From NCBI GenBank assembly GCA_963778545.1, contig CAVZUW010000003.1:26365-90364 (forward strand): 64,000 bases of DNA. The letters run 5' to 3'. The notes under the pieces are model-generated. The model was not told where the DNA came from, did not search any database, and saw only the letters and a list, made by a program, of their open reading frames with translations. Below, piece after piece: positions 9,686-20,602 of the stretch (positions are counted from its first letter, which is position 1; each line of letters begins with the position of its first letter). The translations under genes were made by a program, and so were the position numbers. The DNA comes from an uncultured Actinomycetes bacterium. GTDB taxonomy: Bacteria > Actinomycetota > UBA4738 > HRBIN12.

Positions 9686-10612
9686 ATGCCGATCACCGAG
9701 GTCGAGAAGATCTGGAAGGACGGGGAGCTCGTCGACTGGGCCGACGCGAACGTCCACGTGCTCTCCCACGCGGTGCACTACGGCAGCGGCGTGTTCGAGG
9801 GGATCCGCGCGTACGAGACCGCTCGAGGCCCGGCGGTCTGGCACCTCGACGAGCACCTGAAGCGCCTGTTCCGCTCGGCGAAGCTGTACCACATGGAGAT
9901 CCCGTACTCGATCGAGGCGATCACCGACGCGACGAAGGACGTGATCCGCGCCAACGGGTTGAACGCGTGCTACGTCCGCCCGCTGGTCCTCCGCGGATAC
10001 GGCGAGATGGGCGTGAACTCGCTCAACGCCCCCGTGAACGTGTTCATCGCGGTCTGGCCCTGGGGCGCCTACCTGGGCGAGGACGCGCTCGAACAGGGCG
10101 TGCGCATCAAGATCTCGTCGTGGCGGCGGAACTCCCAGAACGCGCTGCCGTCCTCGGCGAAAGCCTCGGGCCAGTACATCAACGGCGTGCTCGCCAAGAT
10201 CGAAAGCCTGAAAGCCGGGTATGACGAAGCCATCATGCTGAACGAGCAGGGGTTCATCACCGACGGTTCGGGGGAGAACGTGTTCATCGTCCGCGACCGG
10301 GTGCTGACCACGCCGCCGATCTCGGCCGGCTGCCTGGACGGCATCACGCGCGGCAGCGTCCAGACGATCGCCCGCGACCTCGGCTACGAGGTCACCGAGG
10401 AGAACCTGGTCCGCACCGACCTGTACAACGCGGACGAGTGCTTCTTCACCGGCACCGCCGCCGAGATCACGCCGATCCGCGAGGTCGACGACCGAGCCGT
10501 GGGCGAGGGGCACCGCGGTCCGATCACCAAGGAGCTGCAGGGCGCGTTCTTCGCCGCGACCAAGGGCGAGACCGACAGCTACGCCTCCTGGCTCACCTAC
10601 GTGAACGACTGA
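9686..10612 (+). CDS. ilvE: Branched-chain amino acid aminotransferase
   Basis: ATG 9686 after a GAGGAGG RBS. 308 aa, fold-type IV PLP enzyme. Motifs GVFEGIRAY, ASGQYINGVLAKIE and FFTGTAAEITPI. Confidence 0.9.
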   Translation: MPITEVEKIWKDGELVDWADANVHVLSHAVHYGSGVFEGIRAYETARGPAVWHLDEHLKRLFRSAKLYHMEIPYSIEAITDATKDVIRANGLNACYVRPLVLRGYGEMGVNSLNAPVNVFIAVWPWGAYLGEDALEQGVRIKISSWRRNSQNALPSSAKASGQYINGVLAKIESLKAGYDEAIMLNEQGFITDGSGENVFIVRDRVLTTPPISAGCLDGITRGSVQTIARDLGYEVTEENLVRTDLYNADECFFTGTAAEITPIREVDDRAVGEGHRGPITKELQGAFFAATKGETDSYASWLTYVND

Positions 10613-10616
10613 GCGC

Positions 10617-13194
10617 GTGACCGACCAGCCCGCCATCGGAGAGCGCGTGGACGACGACGAGGCTCGCTACCGCCTACCCCGCACCGTCCTCCCCCGTCGC
10701 TACGACCTGGTCCTCGAACCCGACCTGGAGGCCGTGACGTTCACCGGCTCGGAGACCGTGACGATCGAGGTGACGGAGCCGGTCGACGAGATCGTGCTCA
10801 ACGCGGCCGACCTCGAGGTGGGACCCGGGCGGCTCGAGGGTCCCGGCGGCACGCTCGAGGTCTCGACGATCCGCCTGGACCCGGAGACCGAGCGCGCGCA
10901 TCTGCTGCTGTCGGGGACGGCGGAGCCGGGGGAGTGGACGCTGCACCTGGAGTTCCGCGGGAGGCTCTCGGAGCAGCTGCAGGGGTTCTACCGCTCGACC
11001 TACACGGACGACGCGGGCGTCACCCACCCGATCGCGACCACGCAGTTCGAGTCCACCGACGCGCGCCGGGCGTTCCCCTGCTGGGACGAGCCGGATCTGA
11101 AGGCCGTGTTCGGCGTCACGCTGGTGGCGCAGGACGGGCTCCTCGCGATCTCGAACGGCCCCGAGATCTCGCGCGAGCCGGCCGAGCACGGACGCGTCCG
11201 CGTGCGGTTCGACGACACGATGGCGATGTCGACGTACCTGGTCGCCTTCGTCGTGGGCCCGCTCGAGGCCACCGAACCCGTCGACGTCGACGGGGTGCCG
11301 CTCCGGATCGTGTACCGGCCCGGCAAGGACGACCTCACGGCGTTCGCGAGCGAGGTCGGGGCGTTCAGCCTGCGGTTCTTCGCCGACTACTACGGGATCC
11401 CGTACCCGGACAAGAAGATGGACATGGTCGGGCTGCCGGACTTCGCGCAGGGCGCGATGGAGAACCTCGGGTGCGTCACCTACCGCGAGAGCCTCCTGCT
11501 GGTGAACCCGGACAACGCCACCCAGCCCGAGGTCGCCACGGTCGCCGACGTGATCGCGCACGAGCTCGCGCACATGTGGTTCGGCGACCTCGTGACGATG
11601 CGCTGGTGGAACGGGATCTGGCTGAACGAGGCGTTCGCGACCCTGATGGAGCTGCTGGCGGTGGACGCGTACCGCCCCGACTGGGAGCGGTGGAGCCAGT
11701 TCCTGCGGTCGCGCGCGATCGCGTTCGAGGTGGACGCGCTCGAGAGCACACGCTCGATCGAGTACCCGGTGCGCTCGCCCGACGACGCGGCCGGGATGTT
11801 CGACATCCTCACGTACACGAAGGGCGCGGCGGTCCTTCGGATGCTCGAGCAGTACCTGGGCGCCGAACGCTTCCGCGACGGGATCCGCCGGTACCTGGAC
11901 GAGCACCGGTTCGGCAACACCGAGACGCACGACCTGTGGGACGCGATCGAGAAGGCCACGGGCGAGCCCGTCCGCCGGATCATGGACGGCTGGATCTGGC
12001 AGGGCGGATACCCGCTGGTCTCGGCGCGGCTGCGCGACGGGAAGGTCGAGCTCGGGCAGCGCCGGTACCTGATCTCGGGCGAGGACGACGACACGGTGTG
12101 GGACGTGCCGCTGCTCGTCCGCACGCTCCGCGGGGACCGAACCCGTGCTGATCGAGCCCGGCGGCGTCTCGATCGAGGTCCCCGGCGACGGCCCGGTCGT
12201 CGTGAACGCCGGCGTGCACGCGTTCGTCCGCGTCGAGTACGACGACGAGCTGCTCGGACGGCTCACCGCGGACCTGCGCTCGCTCTCGACCGACGAGCGG
12301 ACGCAGCTCGTGGACGACACGTGGGCGGCGGTGGTCGCCGGCCGGCGCTCGCCGGTCGACTTCTGCCGGTTCGCGGAGTCGTTCGCCGAGGAGACCGAGC
12401 TCCCGGTGTGGCAGTCGTTGCTGCAGGGGCTCGCGTGGTGCGAGCGCTTCCTCACGGACGGCCCGCGCGAGCACTTCCGGTCGTGGATCCGCGGGCTGCT
12501 GTGGCCGGCGATCGAGCGGATCGGCTGGGAGCCGCGCGAGGGCGAACGCGACCTGGACAAGCCGCTCCGCGGCGCGCTGATGGCGGCGCTCGGCGTCCTC
12601 GGCGCGGATCCCCAGGCGTTCGGCATGGCGATGGAGATCGAGCGCGAGGCGCGCGGCGACGGCCAGGTCGACCCCTCGCTGGTGGCGGCCTCGGTCGCGA
12701 TCGTGGCCGCGGGTGGGACGCCGGAGGACTTCGAGCGGTACCTCGAGGCGATCGGTTCGGCGCGGACGCCCCAGGAGGAGCTCCGGTACCTGTACGCGCT
12801 CCCGGACTTCCGGGACGCCGGGCTCGTCCAGCGGACCGTGCAGATGACGCTGTCCGGCGAGATCCGGACGCAGAACGCGCCGGGCGTGCTCGCGCGGGCG
12901 GTCGCGAACCGCGAGCACGGAGATCGAGCGTGGGCGTTCCTCAAGGAGCACTGGGACGAGATCGTGTCGAAGCTCGCGCCGACGACGCTCGTCTACGCGG
13001 CCGACGGCGTTCGGTACCTCACGGAGCCCGAGCAGGTCGAGGACGCGGCCTCGTTCTTCGCGGCACACCCGATCCCGCAGTCGGCGCTCCAGCTCCGGCA
13101 GATCCTCGAACGCCAGCGCGTGAACCAGACGTTCCGCGATCGCGCGACCCCCGAGCTCATGGCCGCGTTCTCTGCCGGCCCCGAGCTGGGGTAG
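10617..13194 (+). CDS. pepN: Aminopeptidase N (M1 family) with a +1 frameshift in a GGGG run at 12132-12135
   Basis: Frame 0 carries GAMEN and HELAHMWFGDLVTMRWWNGIWLNEAF (HEXXH-E). The ERAP1-like C-terminal domain continues in frame 1 (ORF 12145-13194). Deleting one G restores ...TLRGTEPVLIEPGG. Confidence 0.85.
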
Positions 13195-14134
13195 TCCCGG
13201 CCTCGTCGGCGATCGCTTCGAGGTCGCCGTTCGCGCCGCAGACGACCACGGCGACGTGCTCGCTCGGTTCGGCGACGTACGCGCCAGAGAGCAGCGCCGC
13301 GAGCGCGGCCGCGCCGCCCGGCTCCGCGAAGATCCGGACCTCGTGCCAGAGCCGGCGCTGCGCCTCGAGGATCTGGTCGCCCGAGACCAGGACGACGCGT
13401 TCGACGTGCTTCGAGACGATCTCGAACGCGATCTCGCCCGCGCGCTTGGTGCCGAGCGAGTCCGCCGCGTACCCGCCGTAGGTGACGTCGACCGGCCCGC
13501 CCGCCGCGAGCGCCGCGGTCATCGAGGTGCTCGTCTCGGGCTCGACGCCGATCACGCGCGTCCGGCCCTCGTACCACGCGCCGATGCCGCCGATCAGCCC
13601 GCCGCCGCCGATCGCCACGAGCACGGTGTCGGCGTCTGGGACCTGCTCGGAGAGCTCGGCGCCGACCGTGCCCTGGCCGGCGACGATCTCGGGCTGGTCG
13701 TACGCGTGCAGCACGAGCGCGCCGCTCTCCTCGGCTCGGGCGCGGCTCGCGTCGAGCGCCTCGTCGTAGTACCCGTCGACGACCGTGACCTCGGCGCCGA
13801 GCGCCCGGATCCCGTCCGCCTTGACCTTCGGCGAGTTGGAGGGCACGAAGATCTCGGCGCCGTGCCCGAGCGTTCGCGCCGCGTACGCGACCGCCAGCCC
13901 GAAGTTCCCGCCCGACGCCGCGATGACGCCGACGTCGGGAACCTCGGAGGCGAGCAGCTTGTTGAACGCGCCCCGCGGCTTGAACGAGCCCGTGTGCTGC
14001 GTGAGCTCGAGCTTCAGCGTGACCCGGCCCTCGAGCCCGAACGCACCCGGCCCGAGCTCGAGCACCGGCGTGCGGCGCACGTAGCCGTCGATCCGCTCTC
14101 GCGCGGCATCGACGTCGGCTCGTCCGAAGGTCAC
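13157..14134 (-). CDS. Threonine/serine dehydratase (fold-type II PLP enzyme)
   Basis: 325 aa with GSFKPRGA PLP-lysine motif and glycine-rich GGGGL loop. GTG start. Confidence 0.8.
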   Translation of the reverse strand: MTFGRADVDAARERIDGYVRRTPVLELGPGAFGLEGRVTLKLELTQHTGSFKPRGAFNKLLASEVPDVGVIAASGGNFGLAVAYAARTLGHGAEIFVPSNSPKVKADGIRALGAEVTVVDGYYDEALDASRARAEESGALVLHAYDQPEIVAGQGTVGAELSEQVPDADTVLVAIGGGGLIGGIGAWYEGRTRVIGVEPETSTSMTAALAAGGPVDVTYGGYAADSLGTKRAGEIAFEIVSKHVERVVLVSGDQILEAQRRLWHEVRIFAEPGGAAALAALLSGAYVAEPSEHVAVVVCGANGDLEAIADEAGTTPARGRQRTRP

Positions 14135-14143
14135 CGACGCAGG

Positions 14144-15238
14144 CTAGCGGTCGAGCCGGTAGAAGCGGAGGAAGTCGTGGTCGATCGGCAGGACCGAGAC
14201 CGCGTCGAACCCCGCCTCCTTCGCGTAGCGCTCGAACGTGTCCTGGCGCATGACGGTGCCGGTCGCCGCGGACGAGGGGTCGTCCATCGCCGAGGGCAGA
14301 CAGCACAGGACGCTGTACGCGTAGAAGAGCCGCTCGGTCTCGCTCGCCGGGGCCGTGAACGCGTCCTCGGTCCGCTCGTCGGCCACGATGAGCGTGCCGC
14401 CGGGCTTGAGCATCTCGCGGATCGCGCCGAGCACCGCGACGGGTTGCGACAGGTCGTGGATCGACTCGATCACCGTCGCGAAGTCGTACGCACCCTTGAG
14501 CGCCGGTTCGGCCGCATCTCTGGCCTCGAACTTCACCCGATCGGCAACCCCCGCCTCGGCGGCGTTGCGCCGGGCGATCTCGATCGAGTACTCGTCGAGG
14601 TCGAACCCATCCACGGTGATGTTCGGGTACGCGCGGGCGAGCGAGATCGCGGCCCAGCCGACGCCGCACGCGACGTCCGCGACCTTCGCGCCGTTCGACA
14701 GCCGCTCGTGGAGGTCGGGGATCGAGCGCAGGTACTCGGTGCCGAACGACCCGACGAGCCACCACCGGTTGAAGTCGCCCTGCGCCTCGATCATGTCGCG
14801 ACCGTAGGCGTCCCACGGCACCGGGCCGCCGGACCGGAACGCCGAGACGAGCTCGGGCATCACGCCGGCGATCGCGACGAACGACTTGCAGAACGCCGCG
14901 ATCCAGTACGGGCTCTCCGGGTCCAGGAGCGGTTCCGCGTGCCCGGTGGGGAACCCGTACCGCCGCTGGTCGGGGTCCGCCGACACGTCGTCGACGGTGA
15001 CGATCCCGGCCGCCGCCTGCTGCTCGAGCCACTCCCGCGCGTACCGGGGGAAGATCCCCGTCTCGCTCGCCAGCTGTGGGGCGGTCATCGATCCGTTCCG
15101 GTGCATCGCGCGGTAGAGCCCGAGGGTGTCCCCCAGGTACACCGTCAGGACCTCCGACATCCCCAGGGTTGCCGCGAACAGCCGCTCCACGAGCCCGTCT
15201 CGTTGTTCCTCCGTCACGCTCACAGGTCCCTCCTCCAC
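14144..15238 (-). CDS. SAM-dependent methyltransferase with an N-terminal winged-helix dimerisation domain (O-methyltransferase-like)
   Basis: 364 aa. Motif I VADVACGVGW and a post-I acidic residue. The N-terminal 90 aa are wHTH-like. Confidence 0.75.
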   Translation of the reverse strand: MEEGPVSVTEEQRDGLVERLFAATLGMSEVLTVYLGDTLGLYRAMHRNGSMTAPQLASETGIFPRYAREWLEQQAAAGIVTVDDVSADPDQRRYGFPTGHAEPLLDPESPYWIAAFCKSFVAIAGVMPELVSAFRSGGPVPWDAYGRDMIEAQGDFNRWWLVGSFGTEYLRSIPDLHERLSNGAKVADVACGVGWAAISLARAYPNITVDGFDLDEYSIEIARRNAAEAGVADRVKFEARDAAEPALKGAYDFATVIESIHDLSQPVAVLGAIREMLKPGGTLIVADERTEDAFTAPASETERLFYAYSVLCCLPSAMDDPSSAATGTVMRQDTFERYAKEAGFDAVSVLPIDHDFLRFYRLDR

Positions 15239-15323
15239 GCCGTTGGGCTCCGGGTCGATGGATACTCGACGGGGCTCCGGCGGGCGTCAAACGCGCGCCG
15301 CGGCCCACCGTTTGACATACGCG

Positions 15324-16838
15324 GTGGCTCGTTCCTATCGTTCGGAACCGAACGACCTTCCCCGAGGAGAGGAGCCCCCTACGGGCGGAACCGCCGAGAT
15401 CGAGGGCGTCGAGGTCTCGACCGAGCACTGGATCGGCGGCGAGCGGGTCGGCTCGTCGGAGACCTTCGAGGACGTCTCGCCGATCGACGAGCAGGTCATC
15501 GCCGAGGTCGCGCGCGGCGGCCGAGCCGAGGCCGACCGAGCCGTGGCGGCGGCCCGGGGTGCGTTCGACACGTGGGGGCGGACCTCGGCGGCCGACCGCG
15601 CCAAGGTCCTGCACCGGATCGCCGAGCTCGTCGAGGAGCGCGTCCCCGAGCTCGCGCCGGTCGAGACGCGCGACAACGGCTCGCTCCTGCGCTCGCACCT
15701 GAACTCAGTCATGCCGCGGGTCGCGAGGAACTTCCGCTTCTTCGCCGACCAGCTCACCGAGCTCGGCGACGAGGCGTTCGAGATGAACGAGTTCGTGAGC
15801 CGCACCGAGTGGGACCCCTCGGGCGTCACGGTCGTGATCACGCCGTGGAACGCGCCGCTGATGCTCGCGACGTGGCGCATCGCGCCGGCGCTCGCCGCCG
15901 GCAACAGCGTGGTCGTCAAGCCGCCCGAGTGGGCGCCGCTGACCGCATCGCTCCTGGCCGACATCACGCGCGAGGCCGGCTTGCCCGACGGCGCGTTCAA
16001 CGTCGTGCAGGGGATCGGCGAGGAGGCCGGCGCCGCGCTCACGGGGCACCCCGGTGTCGACCGGATCGCGTTCACCGGCTCGATCGAGACCGGGAAACTC
16101 GTCGCGCAGGCCGCGGCCGCGAACCTCACGCCCACGTCGCTCGAGCTCGGAGGGAAGTCGCCGTTCGTTGCGTTCGCCGACGCCGACCTGGACGCGGTCG
16201 TGAAGCAGGCCGTGAACCAGTTCGACAACGCCGGGCAGGTCTGCCTGGCGGGGACGCGGCTGATCGTCGAACGCTCGATGCACGACATCTTCCTCGAACG
16301 CTTCCTCGAGGCCGCCCGCGCGATCCGCCAGGGCGACCCGCGCGAGGAGACCACCGACATCGGGCCGCAGATCACGCGCGAGCACTTCGAGCGCGTGGAC
16401 GGGTTCGTGCAACGCGCGAAGGCGGAGGGGGCGGAGGTCCTGCTCGGCGGTGGTCCGAACGAGGAGCTCGGGGGCCTGTTCTACCGGCCGACGCTGTTCG
16501 GCTCCGTCCCCGAGGGCGCCGAGGTGCTCCGCAAGGAGGTGTTCGGGCCCGTCCTCACGCTCCAGACGTTCGAGACCGAGGACGAGGCGATCGCGCTCGC
16601 CAACGAGACCGACTACGGCCTGGCCGCGATCCTGTACACCGGCGACCGCGAGCGCGCCGAACGCGTCTCCGAGCGCCTGGTCGCCGGCACGGTCTGGGTG
16701 AACTGCTTCTTCGTGCGCGACCTGCGCGCGCCGTTCGGCGGCGCGAAGTCCTCGGGCGTCGGGCGCGAGGGCGGCGTCTACAGCTTCGATTTCTACGCGG
16801 ACGTCAAGAACGTCTGCTCGGCCCCCTGGGAGGCATAG
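15324..16838 (+). CDS. hpaE: 5-carboxymethyl-2-hydroxymuconate semialdehyde dehydrogenase (HpaE/HpcC-type aldehyde dehydrogenase). Start uncertain
   Basis: Full-length alignment logic to HpcC (HWIGGE...TPWNAPLML...ELGGKSP...CLAGTR). Candidate starts are GTG 15324 or ATG 15258. A strong GGAGGAGAGGAG RBS at 15362-15373 is followed by no canonical start codon. Confidence 0.7.
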   Translation: MARSYRSEPNDLPRGEEPPTGGTAEIEGVEVSTEHWIGGERVGSSETFEDVSPIDEQVIAEVARGGRAEADRAVAAARGAFDTWGRTSAADRAKVLHRIAELVEERVPELAPVETRDNGSLLRSHLNSVMPRVARNFRFFADQLTELGDEAFEMNEFVSRTEWDPSGVTVVITPWNAPLMLATWRIAPALAAGNSVVVKPPEWAPLTASLLADITREAGLPDGAFNVVQGIGEEAGAALTGHPGVDRIAFTGSIETGKLVAQAAAANLTPTSLELGGKSPFVAFADADLDAVVKQAVNQFDNAGQVCLAGTRLIVERSMHDIFLERFLEAARAIRQGDPREETTDIGPQITREHFERVDGFVQRAKAEGAEVLLGGGPNEELGGLFYRPTLFGSVPEGAEVLRKEVFGPVLTLQTFETEDEAIALANETDYGLAAILYTGDRERAERVSERLVAGTVWVNCFFVRDLRAPFGGAKSSGVGREGGVYSFDFYADVKNVCSAPWEA

Positions 16839-17723
16839 ATGGGTGAGATCGTCGGCGCGGCGCTCGTGGCACACGTCCCCACGATCATGCTGCCGGAAGA
16901 GGTACGGCTCGAGATCAACGAGGGCAAGGAGATCACGCTCGTCCCGGGCCTGCACCGCATCAAGTCCGAGAACCTGGACCGGCTCCAGCCGGACGCCGTG
17001 ATCGTGTTCGACACGCACTGGGAGTCCACGTTCGAGCACATCGTGACGAGCCACGAGCGCCGGCAGGGGAAGTTCACCAGCCACGAGCTCCCCCGCGGCA
17101 TGAAGCAGATCCCGTACGACATGCCGGGCGACCCCGAGCTCGCGAACCTGATCGCCGCGCAGGCCGAGGGCCGCGACGACTGCTGGATCCTCGCGAACGA
17201 CGACCCGTACCTCCCGCTCTTCTACGGCACGGTCAACATCTGGACGTTCCTCGGCGATCCCAAGACCGCCTGGCTCAGCGTGGCCCTGAATCAGTGCTGC
17301 GACACCGACGACTTCCTGCTGTTCGGCCGGCTGATCGGCGACGCGATCCGCCAGAGCGAACGCCGGGTGGTGCTCCTCGCCTCGGGAGGGATGACGCACC
17401 GCTTCTTCAACTTCAAGGATCTCCGCCAGCGCGAGAGCCAGAAGGCGCCGGACAACATCTACGACCGGAAGTACTACGACGCCGACATGGGGGTGCTCGA
17501 GAAGTTCGGCAAGGGCGACCACGCCGGCGTGATCGATGGGATGCCCGAGTACCGCAAGGCGTACCCGGAGGGGCATTTCGGGCACTACCTGATGATGGCC
17601 GCGGCGCTCGGCGGAAGGGACTGCACCGCAACCGGAGAGCTGTTCAGCGAGTACGAGGCCTCGGTGGGCACGGGTCAGGTGCACGTGTGGTTCGAGCAAC
17701 CCGAGGGGGGCTGGACGGCGTAG
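16839..17723 (+). CDS. hpaD: 3,4-dihydroxyphenylacetate (homoprotocatechuate) 2,3-dioxygenase, LigB-type class III extradiol dioxygenase
   Basis: 294 aa. VIVFDTHW, LASGGMTHRF and SVGTGQVHVWF match E. coli HpcB. The ATG abuts the hpaE stop. Confidence 0.8.
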   Translation: MGEIVGAALVAHVPTIMLPEEVRLEINEGKEITLVPGLHRIKSENLDRLQPDAVIVFDTHWESTFEHIVTSHERRQGKFTSHELPRGMKQIPYDMPGDPELANLIAAQAEGRDDCWILANDDPYLPLFYGTVNIWTFLGDPKTAWLSVALNQCCDTDDFLLFGRLIGDAIRQSERRVVLLASGGMTHRFFNFKDLRQRESQKAPDNIYDRKYYDADMGVLEKFGKGDHAGVIDGMPEYRKAYPEGHFGHYLMMAAALGGRDCTATGELFSEYEASVGTGQVHVWFEQPEGGWTA

Positions 17724-17775
17724 GCCCGCCGGGGTAGGAAGCACCAGCAGATCCGTTCATCGGAGGGAGGGGTCC

Positions 17776-19246
17776 GTGGAAGGCGAACGACCGTTGGTGG
17801 TGACCGAGGAGTACGAACGCCTCGGCGGCAAGAAGCTCTCGCTGATCGACGTGCTCGCGCAGTCGGTCGGCTTCATGGGGCCGGTGTTCAGCGCAGCGTT
17901 CATCATCCCGCTGATCATCGGCGTGAACGCGTCGGGTCGAGGCGCGGGAACCTCCGCCGCGCTCGCCGTGTTGATCGCCGGGATCGGCGTGTTCGCGCTC
18001 GGCTGGATCGTGGCGCAGTACGCGAAGAAGATCCACGCCGCGGGGTCGCTGTACGACTACGTCTCGAACGGGCTCGGCAAGACGATCGGCGCCGCGACGG
18101 GATGGTTGTACTACGGCGGCACGATCATCCTCACGACCGGGCTGGGGTTGCTGATCGGCGGATACGTCCACGACAACCTCCTGCCGGTCCTGGAGATCGA
18201 CCTCGACCTGCCGATCTGGGTGTGGGACACGATCTTCGCGCTCGGCCTGTTCGCCGTCCTGTACTTCGGCGTGCAGATCTCGACGCGGGTGCAGCTCACG
18301 CTCGCGCTGATCTCGATCGCGGTGGTCCTGATCTTCTTCATCACGGTGATCGCCGACCTCGGGGGCGACAACGACATCGCGAAGGCGTTCGACCCGTCGC
18401 CGGCGGGTGGGTTCAGCGGGATCCTGTTCGGCGTGCTGTACGGGGTGCTGATCTTCGTCGGGTTCGAGACCGCGGCGAACCTGGCGGAGGAGACCGCGGA
18501 GCCCAAACGCGCGATCCCACGGGCCGTGCTCGGGGCCGTGGCGATCGTGTCGGTCTTCTACCTGATCGCGGCCTACGTCGAGGTCGCGGGGTTCGGGTTC
18601 GACCTCTCGGTGATCACGAGCCCGGAGGTTGCCGGCGCTCCGCTGTTCGCGCTCGGCGCCCCACCGGGCCCGCCGGGGTCGGAGTTCTGGCTGAAGATCC
18701 TGCTGGTCGTCGTGTTCCTCGACATGCTGGCGGTCTATGTCGGGGCGGCCGTCGCGTCGACCCGCGGCGTGTTCGCGATGGCTCGGGATCGCCGACTCCC
18801 GGGTGGGCTCGCCAAGGTGTCGAAGCGCTACGGGACGCCGGTGGCCGCGATCGTGCTGCTCATGGTCGTGCAGGCGATCCTGATCGTGGTGTCCGAGGCG
18901 AACGACACGCTCCTCGCGTTGCCGGGGCTGCCCGCACTACTTCTCGGTCTTCGTGTGGTGCGCGACGTTCGGAGGCTTCGCGCTCCTGGTCGTGTACTTC
19001 CTGATGTCGATCGGGGCGTTCCGCGGCGTCGGGGAGGACAAGGCGACCGCCGGCCTCATCGTCGCGGCGCTCGTGGGGATCGCGATCACGGCGGCGGCGA
19101 TCTTCGGGTCGTTCTACAAGGTGACGAGCCCGACGCTGCTGGCTCCGTGGTCGGCCGTGATCTGGTTCGCGATCGGCTTGATCTACATGGCGCTGGTCAA
19201 GGGACGCGAGCCCGCGAGCGACGCGCTGGCGGACCTCCGCACGTAG
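17776..19246 (+). CDS. APC-family amino acid permease with a +1 frameshift in a GGGG run at 18924-18927
   Basis: TM-rich N-terminal 385 aa in frame 1. The C-terminal 97 aa (ORF 18953-19246, HYFSVFVWCATFGGFALLVVYFLMSIGAF...) is in frame 2. Deleting one G gives LALPGCPHYF. Confidence 0.8.
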
Positions 19247-19260
19247 CGTCTGATGTCCGG

Positions 19261-19290
19261 AGGGGGAGGCGGGGCCGTCCGGCCCCGCCT
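19261..19290 (+). terminator. Perfect 12-bp stem / 3-nt loop hairpin (GAGGCGGGGCCG-tcc-CGGCCCCGCCTC) 15 nt after the permease stop
   Basis: Inverted repeat read directly in the sequence. No U-tract, as is common in high-GC genomes. Confidence 0.5.
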
Positions 19291-19355
19291 CGTCCTCATC
19301 CTGAGCGAGAACCACACGCTCGATCCCGGCGCGCGATCTCGGGGCGCTGGTTCGG

Positions 19356-20210
19356 ATGGCCGTCGATGCCGAAGCGGCGGGGTTCGACGCCGTGATGGTG
19401 AGCGAGCACGTCGTGCTCGGTCGCGGGGCGGACGCCGGCGGGATGCCCGAGAACCCGCGCGACTACGCGCTGCCCGGGAACCAGGACCCGTCGACGCCCT
19501 GGCCGGACGCGCTCACGATGCTCGCGGCGGTCGCGTCGGCGACGTCACGGCTCCGGCTGGTCGCGAGCTCGATCATCGCGCCGCTCCGTCACCCGCTGCT
19601 GCTGGCCAAACAGCTCGCGACGCTCGACCTGCTGTCCGAGGGACGCCTGGTCGTCCAGCCGACGGTGAGCTGGCACCGGCCCGAGTACGAGGCGCTCGGG
19701 GTGCCGTTCGAGCGGCGCGGCGAGCTGCTCGACGAGCACCTGGCCGCGTGGCGCGTGCTCTGGCGCGACTCGCCGGCGTCGTTCGAAGGTCGCCACTACC
19801 GCTTCTCCGACGTCTGGCTGGAGCCCAAGCCCTTCCGGCCGGAGGGCCCGGCATTGTGGTTCGGCGGCGAGACGATGCACGACCGGCTTCTGAGGCGGCT
19901 GGTCGAGTTCGGGAGCGGGTTCAACCCGCTCGGGCGCCCGAGCGACGAGGATCTCGAGCGGTTGCGTTCGGGGATGAAGGCCGTCGGCCGAGACCCCGCC
20001 GAGCTCGAGATGGTGGGCGGGACGCGAGGGCGGTTCGACGGCCCGGACGGCGTGGCCGATCTGGGCGAGGCGCTCGCGTCGATCCCCGCGCAGCTCGAAC
20101 GCGGCTTCACCACGATCTGCATCAAGCCCTCGCAGTTCATCGACGACCCACGCGAGATCCCCGCGTTCTGCCGCGAGGTCGTCGAACGCGTCGACGCGCT
20201 CGTGAGCTAG
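19356..20210 (+). CDS. LLM-class (luciferase-like) flavin/F420-dependent oxidoreductase. The N-terminus may be longer
   Basis: 284 aa from the first ATG, beginning MAVDAEAAGFDAVMVSEH, which is normally ~30 residues into the LLM fold. Upstream frame 0 reads ARDLGALVRM with no start and frame 2 reads LVLILSENHTLDPG, so an unresolved start or frameshift near 19320-19340 is likely. Confidence 0.7.
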   Translation: MAVDAEAAGFDAVMVSEHVVLGRGADAGGMPENPRDYALPGNQDPSTPWPDALTMLAAVASATSRLRLVASSIIAPLRHPLLLAKQLATLDLLSEGRLVVQPTVSWHRPEYEALGVPFERRGELLDEHLAAWRVLWRDSPASFEGRHYRFSDVWLEPKPFRPEGPALWFGGETMHDRLLRRLVEFGSGFNPLGRPSDEDLERLRSGMKAVGRDPAELEMVGGTRGRFDGPDGVADLGEALASIPAQLERGFTTICIKPSQFIDDPREIPAFCREVVERVDALVS

Positions 20211-20590
20211 GTCGAAGGGCCGTCGACCTCGATCGTCGGCGGGCCGTCGCCGCCGGCACGGATCACGACGCTCCGCGAGGGCTCGTCGCCCGGCGTGCTC
20301 TCGCGATGGACGAGACCGCTCGGGATCACGAGGAAGTCGCCGGCTCCGGCCCGGACGGCCTGCCGGCCACCCTCGCCGAAATCGATCGCCACGGAACCCG
20401 ACATGACGTAGACGATCGTGTCGTGGCCCCCGTGGTGGTGCCAGCCGCTCACGAGGCCGGGCTCGGTCGTCGTGAGCCCCGCCCACAGGCCCGGCTTGGC
20501 GAACGCCTGCCGCCGGTGGATCTCGGGCGGCCCCTCGATCTCGACGAGCTCGTCCGGTCCGATCCGCACGGCGTCCTGTACCTGGCTCAC
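20207..20590 (-). CDS. Cupin-domain protein
   Basis: 127 aa. Cupin motifs WHHHGGHDTIVYVMSG and GDFLVIPSGLVHRE. Confidence 0.65.
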   Translation of the reverse strand: MSQVQDAVRIGPDELVEIEGPPEIHRRQAFAKPGLWAGLTTTEPGLVSGWHHHGGHDTIVYVMSGSVAIDFGEGGRQAVRAGAGDFLVIPSGLVHRESTPGDEPSRSVVIRAGGDGPPTIEVDGPST

Positions 20591-20602
20591 GCGACCACCC
20601 CC

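Noticed and set aside
7802-10612. 936-aa plus-strand ORF
   Set aside because: Artefactual read-through. Only its last 308 codons (ilvE) and a short stretch (the methyltransferase N-terminus) are real. The remainder is out-of-frame translation of GcvT and the methyltransferase core.
13256-16846. 1196-aa plus-strand ORF
   Set aside because: Antisense to the threonine dehydratase and methyltransferase, and out of frame across hpaE. Low-complexity Arg/Gly/Asp composition.
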